From a virus, in IMG/VR virus record IMGVR_UViG_3300013767_000083, positions 1 to 39,792 of that record: 39,792 bases of DNA; one strand, written 5' to 3'. Positions 38,150-39,792 of the stretch are shown piece by piece (the first letter of the stretch is position 1; every line of letters begins with the position of its first letter). The notes beneath the pieces are model-generated. The model saw only the letters and a program-made list of their open reading frames with translations. It made no database searches and had not been told where the DNA came from. The position numbers and the translations under genes were made by a program.

Positions 38150-39792
38150 ATCTCCCCTGAGCGCGCGCCGCGCCATGCAGGCGAGCACGCTCAGCAAGCG
38201 ACTTCACCAATCCGATCTTTTCTGGATCAGTTGCGGTGAGCCAGTCCGCCAGAACGTTATTGACCGCTTCCGTGCGGCCTTCCACGAGCCGACCAGCCAA
38301 CGCATTGGCCGCCCGACCACCGGCCGACAGAAAACGTCCCCTCCCTAAGTCCCCTAGGATGCCTGCCGTCTGAGAGGCGTTGTCGGCCGCCTCCAGCCCC
38401 ATCGGAACGGTGCGCGATCCCTGCGTTACCTGACGCGAGACATCGGCGGCGAGCTTTTCATTGCTCATCGCCGTAGCGAAGGCATTGAACTCCTCTGACG
38501 GCAGAATCGCCCTTAGGCGATCGCGAACGTTCGAACCGTTCCAGATGCGCTCGGCGGCGACACCTCGATCGCTATTGCCAATGCGAGTGCGCAGATAGTC
38601 GGCCACGCCGCCGAGAAATTCCTTCTTTTGGTCGGCCGGCATAGCGCCGTAGTTGCGGGCCACCTCTTCGGCATTCACGTTCTTGCGGAAGACATCGGAC
38701 CCGAGTTTGGCTGCATCCATCAGTTCTGATGGCTCGGAGTATGCCGCCAGCGCCTCGCCATAGGCGGGATTGGCCGTCGTGAGCGCATTCTTGAAATCGG
38801 TGCGAAGATTGTGCAGGTCAAAGGCGCGCGTTCCATTGCCGGTCCTGATTGCTTCCTGCTCCATCCCATTCAGATGCTTGTACGCCTTATCGAGCATCAC
38901 CATGGAATTGGCGGGAAGATCCTTGAAATCGGGTAGCCGACGAGCCGCAGCGATAGCTGCCTTAACGTCGGGACTATTCTCCAGGAAGAATTGAACACCA
39001 GAATCATTGATGGTCGGCGTGTTGAAATTCTTGGTGACAACATCCGGCCCACGTTCGCTAACCGTTACCGGTTTTCCTTCGTAATCTAGAATGGAGGATT
39101 GGCGAGTTGTGACCGGACCGGGTGTCACGGTCTCACTGGGAGTAAATACACGGTCGGGGATACCAGCCGCCTCATATGCTGGACCAGCCGCAGCAGCGCG
39201 ATCAGTTGCCAGAGCATTCGTACGAGTAGAGAGCGGAGGCAGATTGGAGATATTCTGGTCAATCGCTACGTTGGCGCGCGCGTCTCCGCCCGACAGATAG
39301 CTATCGAGAGCATTATTGACGGTCGTGCGGGCTTGCCCTGGTGCGGCAATACTGCCGCGTAGGGCGCCCTTAACATTTTCACCACCGCCAATCACAAGGG
39401 GCTGACCTAAGGCCGGCGCCTTCAGGTCGGCTGCCGTCATCTCGTCGCGCGTAAGGGCGCGACCAAGGATGTTTGCGGCACTATCCTCTGGAGCGCCGAG
39501 CGCCAGAGCGTTCTTTGCAACCCTGAGACCAGTACCGGCAACGTTCTGCGCCAGTCCAGTTCCGCCACCAGCCAGCAGAGCGGTTCCAGCCCTAACTAAT
39601 GGCTCGTACTTGGTGCCCTTGATGCCCGGAATATCGCCCGCGCCCTGTGAGGCCGCAGATCCGACAATAGACGGCAGAATGGTCGAAGGTCCGGCTAGAA
39701 CGCCGCCCATGCCGCCCTCAACCGCCGCATCGAGGATCTTACCGGCCTCACCCGGCGTGTTCCTTTCCGGTGCCCCCAAACGATCATGGATG
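38082..39792 (-). CDS. Internal virion/ejection protein, 3' part (same gene as 1..432)
   Basis: Track ORF 38082..39779. The frame continues through the 127-bp overlap into bases 128-432. Gly/Ala-rich N-terminal region, in the ejection-protein cluster. Confidence 0.7.
   Translation of the reverse strand, partial: IHDRLGAPERNTPGEAGKILDAAVEGGMGGVLAGPSTILPSIVGSAASQGAGDIPGIKGTKYEPLVRAGTALLAGGGTGLAQNVAGTGLRVAKNALALGAPEDSAANILGRALTRDEMTAADLKAPALGQPLVIGGGENVKGALRGSIAAPGQARTTVNNALDSYLSGGDARANVAIDQNISNLPPLSTRTNALATDRAAAAGPAYEAAGIPDRVFTPSETVTPGPVTTRQSSILDYEGKPVTVSERGPDVVTKNFNTPTINDSGVQFFLENSPDVKAAIAAARRLPDFKDLPANSMVMLDKAYKHLNGMEQEAIRTGNGTRAFDLHNLRTDFKNALTTANPAYGEALAAYSEPSELMDAAKLGSDVFRKNVNAEEVARNYGAMPADQKKEFLGGVADYLRTRIGNSDRGVAAERIWNGSNVRDRLRAILPSEEFNAFATAMSNEKLAADVSRQVTQGSRTVPMGLEAADNASQTAGILGDLGRGRFLSAGGRAANALAGRLVEGRTEAVNNVLADWLTATDPEKIGLVKSLAERARLHGAARAQGRFNALTYGPIVPALYGASQGGER
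39666..39792. repeat. Terminal overlap, copy 2 (identical to 1-127)
   Basis: Identical 127-nt string. Confidence 0.95.

Overview
The window is a complete phage genome. Bases 1-127 are identical to 39666-39792, so the unique sequence is 39,665 bp, either circular or circularly permuted. One ORF reads in phase across the junction. The genome is GC-rich and temperate, with lambdoid regulation and P22-like podovirus structural genes. I found no tape measure, tail tube or sheath gene, no RNA gene, no CRISPR array and no reverse transcriptase.

Layout:
- Late operon (minus strand, 14334 down to 1, wrapping to 39665 and on to about 32846): TerS-like, TerL, portal, scaffold, P22-type coat, gp4-like and gp10-like tail factors, a GNAT, three ejection proteins, tail fiber, a holin/GH19 endolysin/spanin lysis cassette, and a small accessory block.
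- Immunity switch (21.23-21.30 kb): divergent cro and cI.
- Early-right operon (minus strand, 21231 to 14714): small membrane proteins, SSB-like protein, DUF1064, replication organizer, primase-helicase, secreted nuclease.
- Early-left operon (plus strand, from a strong promoter near 22506): pentapeptide-repeat protein, Erf, NinB, HNH, C5 and N6 methyltransferases, Lar-like protein, xis, int.

Most notable observations:
1. TerL carries a 290-codon intein. An HNH homing-endonuclease ORF sits out of frame inside it, while the host frame stays open.
2. The pentapeptide-repeat gene is built from 26 near-identical 15-bp units.
3. About 350 nt between cI and the early-left promoter is ORF-free, rich in helices and closed by an intrinsic terminator. 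This is the position rexAB occupies in lambda.
4. The primase zinc finger is in a different frame from the primase-helicase body.
5. A two-gene cassette is duplicated behind two unrelated methyltransferases, with an 85-bp near-identical junction.

All family names come from motif recognition by eye. No database search was run.
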